The notes under the pieces: generated by a model
Databases searched by the model: none
What the model was told of the DNA's origin: nothing
What the model saw: only the letters and a program-made list of their open reading frames with translations
Assembly (NCBI GenBank): GCA_002269645.1
Contig: NIVC01001548.1
Span: 124,001 to 188,000, forward strand
From: Macrostomum lignano
Lineage: Eukaryota
Reading direction: 5' to 3'
Length of the DNA stretch: 64,000 bases
Made by a program: the position numbers and the translations under genes
Shown here: positions 61,401 through 64,000 of the stretch, in pieces
Numbering within the stretch: position 1 is the stretch's first letter
How the letters are laid out: each line of letters opens with the position of its first letter

Positions 61401-63072
61401 TACACAGCCTTCCTAAGACTCCTTCCCTGATGTACATACCCGGCTTCTTACCCAGCGTACACAGCCTTCCTAAGACTCCTTCCCTGATGTACATACCTGG
61501 CTTCTTACCCAGCGTACACAGCCTTCCTAAGACTCCTTCCCTGATGTACATACCCGGCTTCTTCCCCAGCGTACACAGCCTTCCTAAGACTCCTTCCCTG
61601 ATGTACATACCTGGCTTCTTACCAAGCGTACACAGCCTTCCTAAGACTCCTTCCCTGATGTACATACCTGGCTTCTTACCCAGCGTACACAGCCTTCCTA
61701 AGACTCCTTCCCTGATGTACATACCCGGCTTCTTCCTCAGCGTACACAGCCTTCCTAAGACTCCTTCCCTGATGTACATACCCGGCTTCTTCCCCAGCGT
61801 ACACAGCCTTTCTAAGATTTCTTCCCTGATGTACATACCCGGCTTCTTACCCAGCGTACAACAGCCTGTCCATAAACCCTGAGAGCTCGCACTGCCTGGT
61901 TCAGCCATTCATTGCCTACCCACTGATGGACTGCAAGTTTGACAAGTACGGTGGATAGCGACACGACACGACATGACAACCAAAGGACAACTTGCAAACG
62001 AGAGGCAGAGATGGAAGTGGAATACTGATTGCTCAATTTCTGATGATTGCTCCGACCCATTCGCAATGATTGACACGAACTTTCACCCCGATAATTACTG
62101 TGATTAATTCCTCGAGTTAATTTGCTCACCTGCAGCGGAAGAAGATGAGAATTGCGCTGGCGAGAAACACACAGGAGAGAATGTCGCCGACAATTTCCAC
62201 GACTTCGTTGACTCGAACGGCCATGTCAATCAACTGCGGAGGCGGACCGCGAGACGGTTTATCTTTCCTATTTTACTTTTATGAAAACCTATGCGTACAG
62301 CTGTCAATCACATCAAAGCTACAGCTGTCAATCACATCAAAGCTACAGCTGTCAATCACATCAAAGCTACAGCTGTCAATCACATCAAAGCTACAGCTGT
62401 CAGTCACACCAAAGCTACAGCTGTCAGTAACACCAAAGCTACAGCAGCTGAGGGGGCCGTAGCCCAGCGGTAGCGCAGCTGCTCTGGTGTGCCGCGACCC
62501 AGGCTCGATTCCAAGTGCAGCCACATTAATTTGGGGCTGGATTGGAATCTTGGCTTGGCTCGCTTGTGCAATTAACGGCCTTGAGAGCCAACCCCCCCAA
62601 GGCGCAGTGAAGTGTACATGCCTAACAATTGATAAAGTTAGGGCCGCTGTACACTCCTGTGTGAGTGTGTGCCTGCGTAACGTATCCGCGCGCTTGTATG
62701 CCTGCTCAGGGGAGTCGGCGGAATGGGCAGTAATGCCTCTCGCCGGTTGTGTGCCAATGACGCTTAAATTGCGCCAAGGTGCACACAACCCCCCTGCCTC
62801 TAAATAAAAAAAAAGCTACAGCTGTCAGTCACACCAAAGCTACAGCTGTCAATCACACAAGAACCAATGCTTCTATTCCAAGTCGGCGGCGCAGCTTATC
62901 GGCCTCACAAAGATCTCCCTGACGGATTTATTCTTGACGAAGGCCGCCGAGAACTGCGTGATGCAGGCCGAGTAGTTGGAGTAAGAGTTCTCGGCGCTGG
63001 CCGCCGGCCGCCCGTCCGGGCCCAGCCAGCGCCCCGAACTGTGGCAGACCCGGAAGGCGAATGTGTCGGCGC
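55442..63072 (-). CDS. Class B1 (secretin-family) GPCR, PDF-receptor-like; 5'-partial; exons 62909..63072, 62130..62233, 59370..59517, 57228..57384, 56579..56648, 56413..56482, 56238..56323, 55913..56090, 55442..55672
   Basis: ECD remnant AFRVCHSSGRW...SNYSAC. Transmembrane-region motifs LRNQRTKIHRNLFLAM (PDFR-type LRNNRTxIHKNLFxAM), FAWMLAEG, CWK...FYWIL, INIGFLLNVLRVLV, RKALRAAFLLLPLLGITN and SFQGLFLALMYCFLDKEV. All eight introns are GT-AG and phase-consistent. Confidence 0.9.
56745..57205. repeat. 39-bp minisatellite in GPCR intron
   Basis: Unit CCAGCATCAAGCGCCACTCAAGACTCACCGCATCCAGGA, ~11 copies. Confidence 0.95.
58185..58680. repeat. 10-bp minisatellite (AGCTTAGAGT / GGCTTAGAGA)n
   Basis: Visible directly, ~49 copies. 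Confidence 0.95.
58870..59212. mobile_element. Truncated second copy of the 23429-23999 DNA transposon
   Basis: High identity to 23567-23890. The left end TTTTTCCGCCCGTAGAACTACCAAG matches the reverse complement of the right terminus of copy 1. Confidence 0.8.
59590..61880. repeat. 57-bp minisatellite (~40 copies) in GPCR intron, with an 8-unit higher-order duplication
   Basis: Unit ATGTACATACCCGGCTTCTTCCCCAGCGTACACAGCCTTCCTAAGACTCCTTCCCTG. The variant order of units 2-8 repeats at units 10-16. Confidence 0.95.
62296..62860. repeat. 24-bp minisatellite (GCTACAGCTGTCAATCACATCAAA)n interrupted by a SINE
   Basis: Units occur at 62296-62445 and resume at 62815-62860. Confidence 0.85.
62452..62814 (+). 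mobile_element. tRNA-derived SINE (~360 bp, poly-A tail)
   Basis: 5' GGGGGCCGTAGCCCAGCGGTAG (A-box), GGCTCGATTCC (B-box) and 3' TAAATAAAAAAAAA. It is flanked by AAAGCTACAGC on both sides (probable TSD). The body is unrelated to the SINE at 1-342. Confidence 0.75.
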
Positions 63073-64000
63073 CTGTAGATGAGTCCGTCGGGATGGGCGG
63101 ATTAACAAGTAAATTAATGGCAAACGACTGGTAAATGACTGGCTAATGTCTGGTAAATGACTGGTTAATGTCTGGTAAATGGCTGGTACATGACTGGCAA
63201 ATGCCTGGTTAAATGACTGGCAAACGGCAGGTAAATTACTTTGGCATTCACTTGGACTGCTGCGCCCCTCCCTTGTTATAGTCGAATTCTAGATAGAAGA
63301 AGCAAAATCTAGAAATCTCAATGCAGCTATAAATTACCAGTTATAATCCGGCGGCAGCGGGGGAAGTCGGACTTGCGGATCGAGTGAATTCCCCCCCCCC
63401 ACCCGAGCTGAGAGCGGGCCAGTGTCTCATTTCTTGTGCCAGATAGCGAATTCGACGCTTTGCATGAGGATTTTTGCCGATTTTGCACTTTTGCGCGCGG
63501 TTCGAAACTGTGTAATTTTGGGACTTCCAACAACAAAAACATCTTCTCATGTTTGGAGAGAGGCACGTGAGCGGGAAAGGGTGTTCAGATGCTTATTAAA
63601 TTTTGTAATGCCTGAAAATGACGCTTGTCTTTACTGAGAAAGAGTTTTATTAGTTTATGCGACGGTTATTAGAGCAGAGTCTTCGGCGAGATGCTTTGAT
63701 GCGTGGTGATGTCAAAGGTGAGTCGTGAGTCGCGTTAATAATAAACTTAGAATAGTTCGATAAAAACGAGAGCTTAATAAAATATGGTGGATAAAAATTC
63801 GCTCCCAGGGAATGAGTTTGAGTAAATAATTAGGCAAAGACACCTGATAGTTTTTCTTAATTTCTTTGTTTATTAATTACCTTTTGTTTACCTTATCGCC
63901 TCTCATTGTAGGGTAGCCATCATTACAGAATGCAAGTTAAGCAGATTCAGAGTGGTTAGTACACAAATGAATACATAGAGTTGCGATAACCCCCAAGGTC

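Overview
Gene-dense eukaryotic (animal) genomic DNA with no prokaryotic features. GC-rich exons sit in introns bloated by private minisatellites, and a 3' splice acceptor lies just upstream of most start codons. This style suggests a flatworm such as Macrostomum (inference only). I rebuilt nine protein-coding genes by hand using GT-AG junctions and phase consistency: MPC1 (-), SPMIP1/ATP6V1FNB-like (+), PUS1/TruA (-), an 86-aa single-pass membrane protein (-), an uncharacterised multi-MATH/TRAF-domain protein (-), RPRD1 (+), DCAF11/WDR23 (+), an NR1J/HR96-like nuclear receptor (+, 5' end unresolved) and a PDF-receptor-like class B GPCR (-, 5' end not found in window). Between them are tRNA-derived SINEs, several MITE families (mariner-type, hAT-type, palindromic), a decayed Ty3/Gypsy gag and more than 15 tandem arrays, which account for most long 'repeat ORFs' in the track. 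Leading observations: (i) two tightly spaced same-strand gene pairs that look like SL trans-spliced operons; (ii) two sharply bounded, nearly CpG-free AT-rich islands at or in the first genes of those pairs, where embedded repeat copies show CpG>TpG/CpA decay; (iii) a palindromic MITE carrying GTCACGTGAC plus CCAAT boxes, present three times near gene 5' ends; (iv) the uncharacterised MATH protein.
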